A DNA stretch of 64,000 bases. Source: Azolla caroliniana (Eukaryota; Plantae; Polypodiophyta). The DNA is taken from contig JBHGNT010000015.1 in NCBI GenBank assembly GCA_043228905.1, forward strand, positions 3,162,001 to 3,226,000. Reading direction: 5' to 3'. The notes under the pieces were generated by a model. It worked only from the letters and a program-made list of their open reading frames with translations. It did not search any database and was not told the origin of the DNA. Numbering within the stretch: position 1 is the first letter of the stretch; each line of letters begins with the position of its first letter. This document shows positions 1 to 14,624 of this stretch, in pieces. The position numbers and the translations under genes are program-made.

Positions 1-184
1 ATTCTATGACACATAACTAATGAGTTTCCACATTCCCCATGCCTCATGAGCTTCGGTAGTTAATCAAGAGAGAGAGTGACTATATAAAGCACTCTTCTCA
101 TACTTTGTAATATGTCAGTTAATCTCCTTTGTAATATACAATCTTCTTGAGTATTTTCTATTGTCTATTCTATCTATCCTATGT

Positions 185-300
<116 letters not shown>

Positions 301-2934
301 TCTCTAACCTATTCCATTGCACAAGAATCAACGTCGATTCTTTACAGCCCCATTTGTCTACATGCAAAGCAAATCAACGCCCTCTTGGCATAGAGGTGAG
401 AGAGAGTGAGAGGCAATGGCAACAGAGGGGTCATCAAACAATGACATATTTGTCTACATGGAAAGCATTCTTGGGCAAAGCAAGGTCTACATGCAAAGCA
501 TTTCCCCGGAAGTCCATCAAGTTCTTTTTCCTTGATTAAAATAATCAGCACACCCCAAGACTTATTATTGTAAATGTGACCATCCTTAAATAATCCTTAA
601 GTTGTGTTGCGATCTCATCCTCTTCAACGTGACTGAGTTGATAAGGTGGAATACTCATTATAGGACCAACACACGATATTATGAAATCACTTTTATGGTC
701 AACATTATGTACATGTGGTAATATCAACGGTAGTTGCTTATGAAAACATCTTTGAAATAATTTATGATTGAACCAAGTAATCTTTATTCATGAATAGGTA
801 ATTGATTCGCATCAACATTAAAATGATAATATTGAATCATTAGATCAAACGCATAACAATAAATTAAAGAACACAAAACTTAGTTAATGATGCAGAATAA
901 ACAAGAGATTTGAAAGGGATTTTTGTACATTGAATAAAATTTATAACATTATTTAGCACAAAAGTGATTGAATGGTTAATATTCTAGTATTACATTAGTG
1001 GATCTCAAATTCATCCAATGAAAATCAAGCTTTTCCATATATGAATCTATGGAAATTAACAATTAATGAATCGCATTCCTCCATTTGCTAAGTGAACTTT
1101 ATGTGTCATCGCTTAAATGATATATCTATATGAAGTCCTAACATTTGTACCAAGTTATCATGAATAAAATTGTGTGAGCCACATGTATCAAACAAGTAAT
1201 GCCCTAGATATTCATTGATTTGACCGCTTACTCAAACAAATCATTTGGTCACAGTAAAAGCTCAGGAGAACAACATGGACAATTGTTAAAATGTTGAGTT
1301 TGAACCTCAATAATATAAAGGGACTGGCCCTTATGGTCATAATTTCTGACTTTTGGCTCATGAGGTGCATAAGTTTTAGTTTTCTACTAGAGTTGACAAC
1401 AATTGTCTTTTGTATACCCCTCTTTTCTTACAATATGTACAAGAAAGGAGAATGTGCTTAGTGTTTTGACCAAAGTCATCATTGGGTTTTTGATGCTTTC
1501 CATTGAATGATTTGTGCTTTGATCTTATTGGCCTAAGTGTATTATGTTCCTTCTTTGAAGTGCCTTTTCGATCCAGGCTCGCTTTCCATCGGGTTAGGTA
1601 CTAATTTCACAACACACTAGCCCGCATATATCGAAGTACAATCTTTACAACATTGTCAAAGGATTTAAGATATGTATCATACATTGTCCAATGATAGTTT
1701 GAAATTGGAATGCCCTTAAGGGATTGGGCAATAAACCAAAATTCTCCCTCAAGTATCAAAATTTGAATTTATGTTCATGTTTGATGGACGTAATCCTCAA
1801 GAGAGTAGAATGATCAATAGAAAAAATCATAGGTTTTGTATTGTTTTAGTCTGAGAAGGTGGTTGTCGAAACTATCATTTAAAGATGTCAATGAAGTTAT
1901 ACCATGTATTGGGAAATTTCTTTCTTGTATGGTTAAACCTGATGATGATTAAAAGAATAAGATATTAAGAAGAATAATGAATTAAAGGTGCTTAACCACA
2001 CCAATCTGCCCCGAGCAAAGGTCATGAGACAAATGTAAAATACATTTGTGCCCCATACTGCTAAATACTTCATGTTATACCGTGGTTGATGAATAACGGA
2101 TTCGACGAAGAGAGCTTAACCTTACCAATAGAAACTCGACAATGTCTCAAGATGTCATAATTAAGGGGGTAGCTACTTTATATAGCTCAACACTTAAGGC
2201 TCCTACACCACTATGTGTCCTGATATGTCGAGAACACGTGAATTTAGTTCAATTTATAATGTGGAGTTCAAGAATAAGATTTAAAGTGGGACCATAAGAC
2301 ATGAGTACCTTGTACTATTCAAAATTGGGCACCACTCGTTCTTGCGAAGATACTCACATAATGAATTTGAGTAGTCTCATTTATTTAGGAGTGGTGACAT
2401 GTCAAAAGGTCCACCTAAAGATCATCGTGGGGCAACAGAAACCTAAGATTTGAAGGCCTATCTTTGTGCTATTCAAGCTCTTCTACACCAAGGGACTAAA
2501 TAAACATGTGTGCAAAGGTTTATCGCCACACATTTTGGAAAGAGAGAGAAAGGGGGAGGGGGGGTGGAGAGAGATTTGCGTTCACGGAATGCCTTGAAGG
2601 CATATGTGATCAAAAGATTGTTTGAAGAATGCCTTATTGGCTAATTATGCCATTTTCCTTCACGTTAATGGAAATATCACAATTGTGAAAGATATTAGTT
2701 ATACAAGGATTCACAAGCAAATAACCCTTGGCAATTAATAGCTCTACTACAAACTCGCACTCGTAGGATAACTACTATTAGTATTATGGAGCACAATTTA
2801 TGATGGTATGGTCAACGACACGACTAATAGACCCTCGTGGGACAACACCCTTAGTAACCACACACATGCACACATGAGCATAGGTTTCTTATCTTCAATT
2901 GAAAGTAAAGTGCAATCCAGATGTAAAATAGTGC

Positions 2935-2967
2935 CACGTGGAATAAAAAGGTGATTTGCCCCACGTG
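2935..2967 (+). promoter_or_regulatory. Pair of G-boxes (CACGTG) upstream of the SPA-like gene
   Basis: CACGTG at 2935-2940 (context GCCACGTGG) and at 2962-2967, about 1 kb before the inferred 5'UTR exon. Function is inferred only. Confidence 0.35.
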
Positions 2968-3699
2968 ATAGAAATGACACATGGCAAGACTCCATATGAG
3001 AGAGCCCAATTAATCATATGGTTGGTATAAGTCCTAGTACACGAAAGGGTGACTATCTTTACTTTTCATTTAGAAGGGCAAAAATAGTATTGCCACACTA
3101 CAATGAAGATTGAGAAACCAATTTATTTTCTTTCATAGAAGTTAAATAGAAATCTCATCACTAGAAAGACAAAAGGTCCACAAGAATTACATCGAATAAA
3201 GAAAAAGGTCTCCAATGTATACACATTAGTGGCATTTTGCTAGTCCAAACGCGAAAGTAAAGATTCGATTTACATAAAACACACACATCAAAGTCATAAC
3301 TAATTAAGAGCGCACATCAAAGTCGGTAATAAACAAAATACAAGTATGGGTTTTTATGTTCATTATCACTTGTTAACTTTGCCAAACGGTCGTGTCGAAA
3401 CACAAATCGAATGATGGGTGTTTTTATTTCCTTGTTTGCAAACCGAAAAGTAAAACCCACACACGGATCTCCACTAGAGGGTCATGTGGTGGGAAGTTAT
3501 AGGAAGGTCAAGGTTCCACGAAAGATCTTACTGTCCGCCCAACAATGGTAGTTTCGATCCATGGAGAAAAAGCCGAAACTAGCTAGGGGGTTTGCATAAT
3601 TCGATGTTAGTTCCCAAATTAGGAGGAGGGTTAGATACTACCTTTACTTGGAAATACAAATACCACCCTTTCTTACATTAGGTCATCTCTTTACATGTA

Positions 3700-3804
3700 C
3701 TGTGTACATATACATGACATATGTAGACACAAACATAGACATATATTATTATATACACATACACATACACATACACATATATACACATATGTACATATAC
3801 ACAT

Positions 3805-3845
<41 letters not shown>

Positions 3846-3846
3846 T
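3700..3846. repeat. (ATACAC/ATACAT)n low-complexity microsatellite
   Basis: Repeated acatat/acacat units. Confidence 0.9.
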
Positions 3847-3879
3847 GACAAAACCAGGAAAACCAGTCTTCAGCCTTTT

Positions 3880-6329
3880 TGTGATCTTTACTTGGGGCTG
3901 AAAAATGGGTTCTTTTTAGAGGTCTTAGAAACAGAGCATTTCACCATCACAACCAAAAAAGGAAGGAAGAAGTGAAAGAGGATCTGTCTAAAGGTCACAG
4001 AAACAGAGCAATTCAGAAAAAGAAGGAAGGAGTGAAAGAGGACTTCATAGCTCCTACCCCCTCCCCATAGAAACAGAGAATTCTTTTTCCCAAGCTTCTC
4101 CCCTCTTCTTTCTTCACCTTTTCTTTTTGGATGCAACACAAAAGAAGAAGAGGAGGAAGAAGAAACAGTGTTTTTTAGCGATTCTGAGGGAGAATCTTGG
4201 GTCTCTTTTATATTTTTCAGCATTAGAAACAGAGCAAATAGAAAAGCACATTCGCGTACAAATCCATATGGTATGTTTTTGCTCACTTTTCTCCCGTCCT
4301 GTTTTGTCTTCCTTTTTCTAAGTAAATTTCAGAAATTGGTCATTCTTTTTCCTTGCAATTTCTGCACTCAGAAGAAGGGCAGGGGTTCAGCAAATTAGAA
4401 GAAAATCTTGCTGTATAAAAGTAAATCTATGATGATTGTTGTAGTTGATCAGATGTTGATCAATTCTATAAAGAGATAACCAATGGGAATGAAACTATTC
4501 AATCTGGAAAATATAGACTTGCATGACAAAGACATATCATGAAGCTGAGAGGCTCAAGGCTAAGTTATATCAGTGGTGGATGGGCAAAGAATGTACAGAG
4601 AATTATCATATGATGAAGCATACTGTCACATAGAAGATGTCAGGTTCTTTGACTTTTTGGGTCGGTCAAGGAATAGCTAATGTGACGTTGTTACATGGAA
4701 CATATTTCAGGAATTGGGAATACTGTTGCGAGCATATGTATAGAACAGATTAATTAAGAATTAATGAAGGGTAGAGTAGGTCCATTAGCTATTGGATGAC
4801 CTCAATGGCTATGGTCTAGACATAGACCTTGGAATTTGCTGGTATATGAAGGGCCGCCTTCCTTTGCACATGCCTTTCAAGCATCATTATTTAATCTTTC
4901 TAATTGTAGATCTTTTCCATGTTAGTGGTATCATGGATTCATCATCTATTTTGTGCACACTGGGTTTTACCTATCACTCTATTCAGTTGGGAACATTGGC
5001 TTGAGGCATAATGGTTCTTTTGGTGAGTTCAATTTGAGCCTTCTACATGCTTTTGTGTTAATTGATCATCTCAGAAATGGGACCAAAATGATCATCCACT
5101 TTTATATAAGGGGGCGCAAGGAAGGAAATGGGATAGAGTTGTGCATAAGCAGCTGGGAAAGAAAGATGGGAAAGGGGCGCAAGGAAGGAAATGGGATAGA
5201 GTTGTGCATAAGCAGCTGGGAAAGAAAGATGGGAAAGGGGCGCAAGGAAGGAAATGGGATAGAGTTGTGCATAAGCAGCTGGGAAAGAAAGATGGGAAAG
5301 GGGACAGAAAGCTGGAAAATGGGCACTCATTATGATGCATGAACTTACAGAGATTATTGTATCCCAATTCATTTAAGTATTTGAACATAAGATGGATCAC
5401 TGTGCAATCATTTTCAGCACATTCTTAATAGATGTAGCAAGCAGGACAGGAGGATAGAAGCAGGAAGTTTGAGATAGATAGAATTTCCAAGTAAAGGGCT
5501 AAGGCTGTTTCTTGGTAAATACAGCAGTAATAGAATCTTTATGTAGATGTTTATGGGTTCGTTATTTAATAAACAAAAGGACTAGTGCAGTGCAAGGGCT
5601 GCTCTTTAAAGATCACATTACAAGGTTCTCATGCAATTTACAGTCATATTGCACTGCAAAAGCATGTTCAAGGTATACACATTGCTACTGCTATTTCTTG
5701 GAATATCAAATTAAGCAGAATTCTTGTGTGGTTGTTTACATTTTGCAATATATGACATAATGATGTTCATGGTAAACATAATTGCTCGTCGCTCATGAAC
5801 ACTAAAGAGCTAGGTGTGTTTCCTGAAAATATTGAATGCTCTATGAGGACAACTAAAATCAAGGGACCCACCTCGCCGTTCCAACCGCACGCGCGGCGGG
5901 CGCTGGCGGAAGCATGAAGTATACGCAAATTTAAATGCATGCAGAGGACCATCTTTCAATAATGGCAATAAGAAGATCATGTTTCTATTGCACATTGATT
6001 CAAGAGTTTTCTGTACATAATATATAACTGCTAAAATGCATTTTTGTTAATTTATTGATTCCCTTTTATGCTTAGCTTAATCAAGCATGGTCATAGCCTT
6101 CTTTTAATTCACATTTGGAAATAGGCATGATGTGATCAATCATCTCTGCTAATAACAGTTTTGATACTTGATTTTTGACAGTTTTTGTGACTTCGAGTAA
6201 AAACAACAGTGAATCCATATTAACTTTGGCATATGATGATGGTTGAAGATCTGCAAGAATGAAAGTGTCGTGTTAAGGTTCACGACGATTAAAATTGGAT
6301 GATGACATCATCCTTTTTGTAAAGGTACA
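3880..6329 (+). other. Putative spliced 5'UTR of the SPA-like gene: non-coding exon to 4270, intron about 4271-6181
   Basis: GA/CT-rich leader-like segment, donor ATG|GTATGT at 4271 followed by a T-rich tract, acceptor TTTTGACAG ending at 6181. The start site is approximate. Confidence 0.45.
5111..5303. repeat. 63-bp tandem repeat, 3 copies
   Basis: Unit ggggcgcaaggaaggaaatgggatagagttgtgcataagcagctgggaaagaaagatgggaaa occurs three times essentially unchanged. Confidence 0.97.
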
Positions 6330-9300
6330 ATGGAAAAACATGCCTTCGAGTCCACTCATGATTCTGAGATGGATTGCAATACTAGCGCATCAGCTTCAGG
6401 GGAACATCATGAAGTTGAGGGTAATTACAGTAAGTTCATATCGGATGGGACAAGGGTATTCCAACATTCTGAACAGTGCTCTGTAGAAGCATCCTGCTCC
6501 TGTGACCCCATCACCCATAATTTACAATCCGATGAGCCTTATAACTTCAGGTTAAAAGTCTCATCAGCTGTCAGTATTTCTGAGGCAAGAACTTTCAATA
6601 AGAAATCTGAGGATTACAAACAGGAACTTCGAGAACATCAAATTCATAAATGGATGTTGAGGCACAGATATACACAAGGAAAGGCACCCAGAAGTCACTG
6701 GCTTGGAATGTATCCTCAACCAAGGGATGGTGCAGCTGTATCTGAAAATGCAGGCGTAGTTGGAATTGAAATTGGTCAACATTTATGGAAAAACCATATT
6801 GTGCAACAAGGACAGCATACACATCCATTGGAGGAAGGTCATGTGGAGTCCTCAAAAAAGCAGGTTCACTTTGTCTCAAATGCTACAATTATGGAGCCAT
6901 CTGACATTCAGCGGGACGAAAGGTTATTATCAAGGAAACGGAAACTGAAGTATTTAGAACGAGATTTTACAGCAGAAGACTCTGCTAGAGTGGACATGTT
7001 GAATAATAAAACAGTCTTAAAAGATCAATTAGTGGCCAAGGATTGTACTAATACAGCTGATATCACATTGCGTGAGTGGTTGAGCAAGCCGGGGCGTACT
7101 GTGGATCCTCATGAGTCTTTGAATATATTCAAACAAATTTTGCAGTTTGTAGAACTTGCTCATGTGCAAGGGGTTGTTCTGAAAAATATCCGTCCATCAT
7201 CTTTCATTCTTTCATCTTTGCATCGTGTTTCTTTTATGGATTCTGCCAGTTCAAGTTCAAGTTCTGGTTCATCTGAACCCTCTAGGGGTACACCATATAT
7301 ACACACGTCCATTTTATCGGACATAGCAAGATCAAGGAGTCGAAATCCTTCAGATAGCATTGGTAGGGAGTTTTCAGCGGTACAATTTGTAAATTCAAAG
7401 GCACTGGATCTGCCTAGAAGGCTAAGTGCCAACACGGAAGAGAGATTTGCGTTGAATTGTCAGGATTCACAGGATTTAGCAGAATACAAGACATTTGCAT
7501 TACCAGCAATAACTGCAGTGTCAGCTGATAGAATACTTGAAGACAAAGAATCAGGTCAGTAAAGATTGTGAGAAATCTCCGCTCTCATTTCAATCCCCTT
7601 AAATGAAATTTGTGTATTATGTTGGTTGCAGATTTTGCAAGCAAATCAAGCAACCATAGACTGGGTTTTTTGAATAATCAAAGTGAACAAAATGATTGCT
7701 TTCCTCTACGCCCTATGCGGCTTATGGAGGATGCATGGTACACAAGTCCTGAAGAAGTTCAAGATGGAACATGTTCTTATGCCTGTGATATCTACAGTTT
7801 AGGGGTTTTGTTCTTTGAGGTATTGATATTTTAGTGAATATATTTGGATTGTCAGGCAATAACTTGAATAAAGGATACGTCATTTAAGAAACGACTTGTT
7901 GTAGTTGAGGCAACATATAAGCAAACAAGAAAAACACCAAATTTCCTCAAACACCAGCACTGGTACATAACACACATGCATTAGTACATATGTTTGAATT
8001 GAGCAATAAAACGAGGGTAGTTGGTGTGTCTGTTGCAGGCAAACAAATAAAATGTCTCATTACCGACCGTGTCTTTCTATACTCACATAACTTGAATAGG
8101 ATATTTTTATCAACTCAAATTTGACATTTGCATGTGCACATATATATGAGGTTTCAATGTCTCTATTGAGTGCATTACATATATATGAGGCATATATGTG
8201 TAGCTTGCATTGTAGAAAGTGCTAAGAGTCAAATGATGTAGCAGCAGGCCAAAGTCAAAGGATACACTAGTAATGCAAAAAAAATACATGGTTATTTGTG
8301 CATCAAAACATACATAACAAGCATATATTGCTAAAACACTAACGGAAAATTTCTAGATTTTCCAATATAATTCTGCCCATCACATAGCTCAATCATCTTG
8401 AAATCTCTTTATTATACTTAGGCAATTGAATTAGGATCTAATATGTTCTTACTGCGTAAATGCATCTTTTAATACCATTTATATTCGTTTTACAGCTTTT
8501 CTGCCCTTTTAGCTCTTTGGAGGAATATTCAAGAGCAATGCTAGATCTTCGCCATAGAATATTACCACCTCATTTACTCTCGGATCGCCCGAAAGAAGCT
8601 GCATTTTGTCTTTGGCTTTTGCATCCAGACCCAAATTCACGACCTAAAAGCAGGTATTACTACTCAGTAACTTCATCTGAACTGTATCAATATGACAAGC
8701 GTATGCTGTTTAATTATAGCAAAGACTGTGATGTATCAGAAATTGTGAGGGCACAGTTTCTGTATTATATTATTAACTACAACCTTGTGCATAAAATATA
8801 GGCTTAGATCTATACATTTTCCTTCTTTGATGGAATATATTAAAAATTAGAGCTCAACCATGCTTATTAGTTATTGCTGGTATGAAAGGAAATCATTACT
8901 TCTATCCAAACAATGCACAACAATGATGATCTTGTGATCTCTCTACAGGTCGTTAAAAATTGAATATTGTAGTTTAGCTTGTTATGTGCATCAGTTTACT
9001 TGGGAGTAATTTTAGTACCACTGTATAGATAGTAAGCTGGTTTGTCAATTTCATCAGCCAGCCCAAGTCATATCAATTTCAGGCTATGTTTTTATGCATA
9101 TTTTGGAAATCACACTCTTAGGAGATCTCCATCATATGTGCAGTAATCGGCATGATCTTGTACTTTTCTATCCTAAATTTGAGACTATCGTGGTTCAATG
9201 CAGGTTTAATATTTTACATTGGCTTTCATATTCCAATATTTTATGGCATTAAAATCTTAATTCTTATAATTTACTTGTAAAGGTCGTGTTTTTAAATGTT

Positions 9301-12300
9301 CTCTTGTGCAATTGTGCTTTCTTTGTTCAACTCCTGTTAAGATTTCCCATTTAGTCTAGGCTTCTAAACTGTAGTCATTGTAGACCTTGGGGATCACATG
9401 TAGAGTTTGACCTGCCATTCAACAGTATCTTTTCTGAAGTTGCTTGGTCTATCAGACAACATCAAATGTTACGTGGTCTATCAACAACATCTAGAAATCA
9501 AACATGGAGAGCATTTGCATGGTCAGCAATGTCTGAAATGGCTTTATTCTCAATAAAAAATGCCACACATTGAGATCATGATCATGTTCCTGTCAATCGA
9601 ATCCCTTTGTGCAGCTATGTGATTTTGATTTTTGCACAGACTGGGATGTGACAGAAGAAATCTTATTGAATGCATTTCTACAGTTCTTGTAATTAAGAAA
9701 TTTTGATTGGGTATGGGTTCCGCCAGCTCATTGCATGTGACATTAAACACAATAAGTTGCATGCAATTCTTTATTCAAGCAATCTCGTTTGAATTTTAAT
9801 TTTCCACATTTAAATGTATAAATTTTAAATTACCACATCAATATGTCACCATGATGGGTTACTTTTGTTCTTCTTTTATGAAATTATTTTATAACTGTTT
9901 CATTTTCACCTTTTTACTTGCTCCCCTACAAATTTAAAATTAGGCAATATGACATTGTTCAGCCAGTGTGAAATGGCTGAGAGCCAATGGTCCCTAAACA
10001 CAAAAGCTAAGTTAAGTATGCCTTATGACAGTATATAGTCAGTCAAGCTAGCATTGAGTTCTGATAGGCGAAGTACCCCTATAAAGTCATTTTAGGTTAG
10101 GCGTTACACAGAGTTACTTAAAAGATAAAAGTGAGCAGGCTAAGGTATATTTTTTAAGAGGCGACACTTGGTAGAATGATCAAGACTTATCTCACTCAAA
10201 TGAACCTCTTTTGATGTAGAACTTTGATTCAGCTTTAGAGCTAATTGAAAATAATTTTAGCGGTCTAAAATCTGCATGTTTCATAACTGCAAGTATAATC
10301 TAATCATCATATGTCATATAGGAGAGACATGAGCCCAAGCTAAATTCTTCATATACAATTGTCAATTCTCTTGCCTCTTGTGCACTTCTTTCTCTTCTGC
10401 TTTTGTTGTTTTATTCTTCTAGATGGGAAATAATCAACAAACATGCTTTGCATGCACCTACTTTCTGGAGCATTAAAATTTACTGCATACATTAAGACAT
10501 AATTGGTGGAAGAAATTGAGCTTCTAGCACAGTGTGGGACCTCACCTTTTTTCTATTCTTGAGATGGACAGGGATATATTATCATCAGATATTATCAATG
10601 ATGCCAGCACAGCACTTGCTGAAAGACAAGAAGCCATGAATGCCGAGGAAAAGGAAGCAGAAACAAAATTATTACTGGATTTTCTTCTGCGGATGCAGCA
10701 AAAAAAGCAGAGTCTGGTCAGTAAATTGGAAGAAGAAATTTCCTGTCTCACCTCGGATATAATGGAAGTTAAAAGAAGGCAATCCCATTTGCACAAAAGT
10801 GGTATACCATTTGTTGACCAAAATACTTTAAGCAAGTTACCACATGACAAAATCTATACAGAAGGTCAATGGAAATCAAAGAAATTACCTTCAGAGATGT
10901 ATAAACATGAAGGAGATGTTGCTGCAGATGGTGATGTTGCTGTTGAATCATTAGAAGTGCAAAAATTTGGGGTTTCTGATAACATACAAAGACAGGAACA
11001 AATATGCGCAAAATCTGCTCGTTTGATGAGTAACTTTGATAAGTTTGAAAAAGCTTATTTTGCTATGAGATCAAAAGTTCAGAATGAAGTCTCAAGATGC
11101 CATTCAACACAGGAAGTGAGCAGCACCAGTGGATCAGAATGTTCTGATCTGAGGGAAAGTAAAATGGCTGAGACTGGTGCTGGTAATCACCAAGGAAAGG
11201 ATTTGTTAGGGTGCTTTTTTGATGGTTTATGTAAGTATGCACGATACAGTAGGTTTGAGGTAAAAGCCACCCTCCTACATGGTAACTTGTTGAATTCTTC
11301 CAACATGGTTTGCTCATTAAGCTTTGATCGTGATCAAGAGTACTTTGCAACGGCTGGCATATGTAAACGAATCAGGATATTTGATTGTGATGCTGTGTTG
11401 AATGAGGATGTAGACATACATTATCCAGTTGTTGAGATGATGGCCAACTCAAAACTTAGCAGCATCTGTTGGAACAGCTATATCAAAAGCCATATCGCTT
11501 CTAGCGATTATAATGGTGTTGTACAGGTAAACAGTCTACCACAATTTTTTTCTCACAACTGTCTAAATGATATTATTTCTTTCTAAAAATTGTTTATGAT
11601 CATCACATCAGCTACACATATATCGGTCATTTGAAGATATCAGCTAAATGATACTATTTCTTTCTAAAAATCCTGCAGATACAAACAGTCATTTGATGCA
11701 TAGATATCAGTTTTAGGGTCTCTCTGCACAGATGCCATAAGATTCGTGTGTATGTGACTTTTGGTCTCATGGGTTTAACTTTGAAGATGTCGATATAACA
11801 TTTCATCTTTCAGTCCCCGTTAAAAATAAATAAATCAATGCATTCATATAAAACAACAGGAATTGATTCTTTCATGCAAAAAATCTCACTGGTAGAAAAC
11901 TGCTATTGTCTTTATACAGTCATTCCAAGTAAAATGTTCCATTGGTATCTCTCTAGAGAACCTGGAGGTTTTATTTTATTTGGAAAACTTGAATTCACCC
12001 ATATTTGCCATCATGATTTTTCTAGTAGGCCGATTTTGGCCTATAGTAAATGTTAATATGAGTTTTTGTTTTCACATGCTCTTACTATTTTTTCGTAAAA
12101 GTATTACTATTAATAGACAATACTCTGAGAAAACAGTCTGTAATTATCTATATGTCTTCTGTGCTTCATAATTGCATTTGATCTAGTGCATTCAGCCTTA
12201 ATATTAATCCTGGTTTAACCTGGGCATAGTATTATAGTGCATAAATATTTTGAACTAATATTTGGTTTGTATGGAAATATCGTCACCCTGTATGTGTCAA

Positions 12301-14208
12301 AGATAATAATGGCAGGTTTAATCCACTAGATTTTTAATTTTGGTTCTTATGGCTAGACTTTATTATCTTAGATATATAATTGATCATATACATTTTGCAG
12401 CTTTGGGATGCTAGCATGGCCCAACCTCTTATGCAATATAAAGAGCATAAGAAACGAACATGGTCAGTTGACTTCTCTCATGCAGATCCTACTAAGCTAG
12501 CTAGTGGGAGTGATGATCGTTCGGTCAAGCTTTGGAGCATAAATCAAGTACTTGACCAGTTCTAAGACAAACACATTTACTTATGTATATAGTAAGAAAC
12601 CTGGATGTCAATAACTAATGTTTTGATTGTCGATTTTAGGAGGGAAGTATTGGAACAATCAAGACGGAGGCAAATGTTTGCTGTGTACAATTTCCAGGAG
12701 ATTCTGCACACCTACTAGCATTTGGTTCAGCAGATTATAAAATCTATTGCTACGATCTGCGGAATACGAGACAACCATGGTGTATTCTAGCAGATCACAG
12801 TAGAACTGTCAGCTATGTGAAGTTCATCGATTCTAATACCCTAATTTCTGCATCGACAGACAATACTTTGAAGCTTTGGGATATATCAAGGACAAATTTC
12901 TCCAATGGCATTTGTCGAACTCCAACCTTAACATACACTGGCCATACGAATGAAAAGGTCAGACTTCACTTACATACTCTGCATTTATGATCCAAAGGTC
13001 ATCCAGCTTTGCCAAAAAGTGTTTTCTATTATTAATTATATAGTTGTTGGATTAGCATTGTAATTAAATATCTATGTTTAATGATCTTAGAATAAGAGGT
13101 TACATGTATGAACACATTCTCTGTTTGATTTAAATTACGAGTATACTTGGCAATAGGTATTTTCAGTGTCATTATATGTAGTAGTTTCTATGTCGAATGA
13201 TCAAAACTAGTGAGGGAGGATTAGAGTGACAGTGAACTAAAAAATAATGAAAGATGGAAGACTAATAGGGTCTAATGTTCAATATATTAATTGTAACTCC
13301 TATTGTGTTCCTTTACAGATTTGAGTTGTATGACACCCTCTAATTATAACAAAAATAAGAGTTAACATCTCCTGAATATGATTTCTTCAACTCTTCTATA
13401 TGGGTTCACATCACCTGCATTTCTTACTCTTGCAATTCCTGAACTGCCAACAATGTATGGAACTGCAATTATGCGAGCATTTTTACTTCATTCTGCATTT
13501 TTACTTCATTCTGCAGTACTACAGTCTGTATCTGCTGTTTATTATTGTCTTATTGGAGCCCCTGACCATCAGCTTCTTTATAGTTTGAAATGCCATTCAT
13601 GTGTCTCCTATTGAGCAGTTCAAAGAGAGAAGCCTCTCCCATAGAGAACTTGAACTTATGGCTTCCTTTATCAGATTTTTAGTGTATAAATACTGTGAAC
13701 ATTTAAGCATTCTTTAACTTGTGTATGGCAGTTCACTCATGAAACAATGAGAAAATTCAGTTTGCATATTTTTTGAAGGATATATTGATGGTTGTTTTTT
13801 CTTCTGCGCAGAATTTTGTAGGCCTCTCGGTGATGGATGGTTATATTGCTTGTGGATCAGAAACAAATGAAGTAAGCATCATATATTTGCTGCTGCTTTT
13901 TCTTACACTGCCATCTGATGGTCATGTTGATCTAAAAACTGGGTTGGATGATTTTTTTGAACCAAAAACAATGGTGTGCTAATTGTTTTATCTGGTGCTC
14001 TCAAATATACTTTCAGGTTTTTGCATACCATAAGTTGTTGCCGATGCCGATTGGTTCCCATAAATTTGGCTGGATTGATCCTTTATCTGGGAAGGTGACA
14101 CCAGAAGATACAGGGAAGTTCGTGTCCAGCGTATGTTGGAGAGCTAAATCAAAAACCTTAGTAGCAGCAAACTCAATGGGCAACATCAAGGTGCTAGAGA
14201 TGGTTTAA
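6330..14208 (+). CDS. SPA1: SPA1-like protein (suppressor of phyA-105 family): kinase-like domain, coiled coil, WD40; about 1080 aa
   Basis: Exons 6330-7554, 7632-7819, 8496-8653, 10572-11526, 12401-12547, 12640-12957, 13812-13871, 14017-14208; all GT-AG and in phase. Motifs ITLREWL...[131 protein letters not shown]. Confidence 0.95.
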
Positions 14209-14624
14209 GTTGTTAACTTGAAATTGTTGCCGGAGATTTGAATAAAACAAATGAACAGCACACAAAATGAGGTACCTGATTGAAGGAACTACTCTGTAAA
14301 CAGTTGAGCTTTGTAGAAACCAAGGATATGGAAGTTAGAAAACAGTTATAGTAGTCACGTTCTTTTGCCTATACAATATGTACATATGCACCATTTTGAT
14401 AACAGAATCTCTCCCTTGACATGTGTAAATCCTTCTCATCAAGTGAGTAGGGATTGCAGTTTTTAATTTTGTGTATTTATAGATTTGGATGACTCGTTCG
14501 TTTTTTGTTTCTTGCGTCTGACGTTCCCATCTTCAAAGTATCTCGATGTACACAAATAAAGGGGAAGTTTATTTACTAATTGATTTGCAGAAATAACCTC
14601 GGTGATGGATGTTGTAACTGAATG

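Noticed and set aside
520-2800. Possible TE coding relic
   Set aside because: I could not recognise any RT, integrase or transposase motif, so it is left unannotated.
4953-5400. Five overlapping ORFs with triplicated peptides
   Set aside because: Artefact of the 63-bp tandem repeat.
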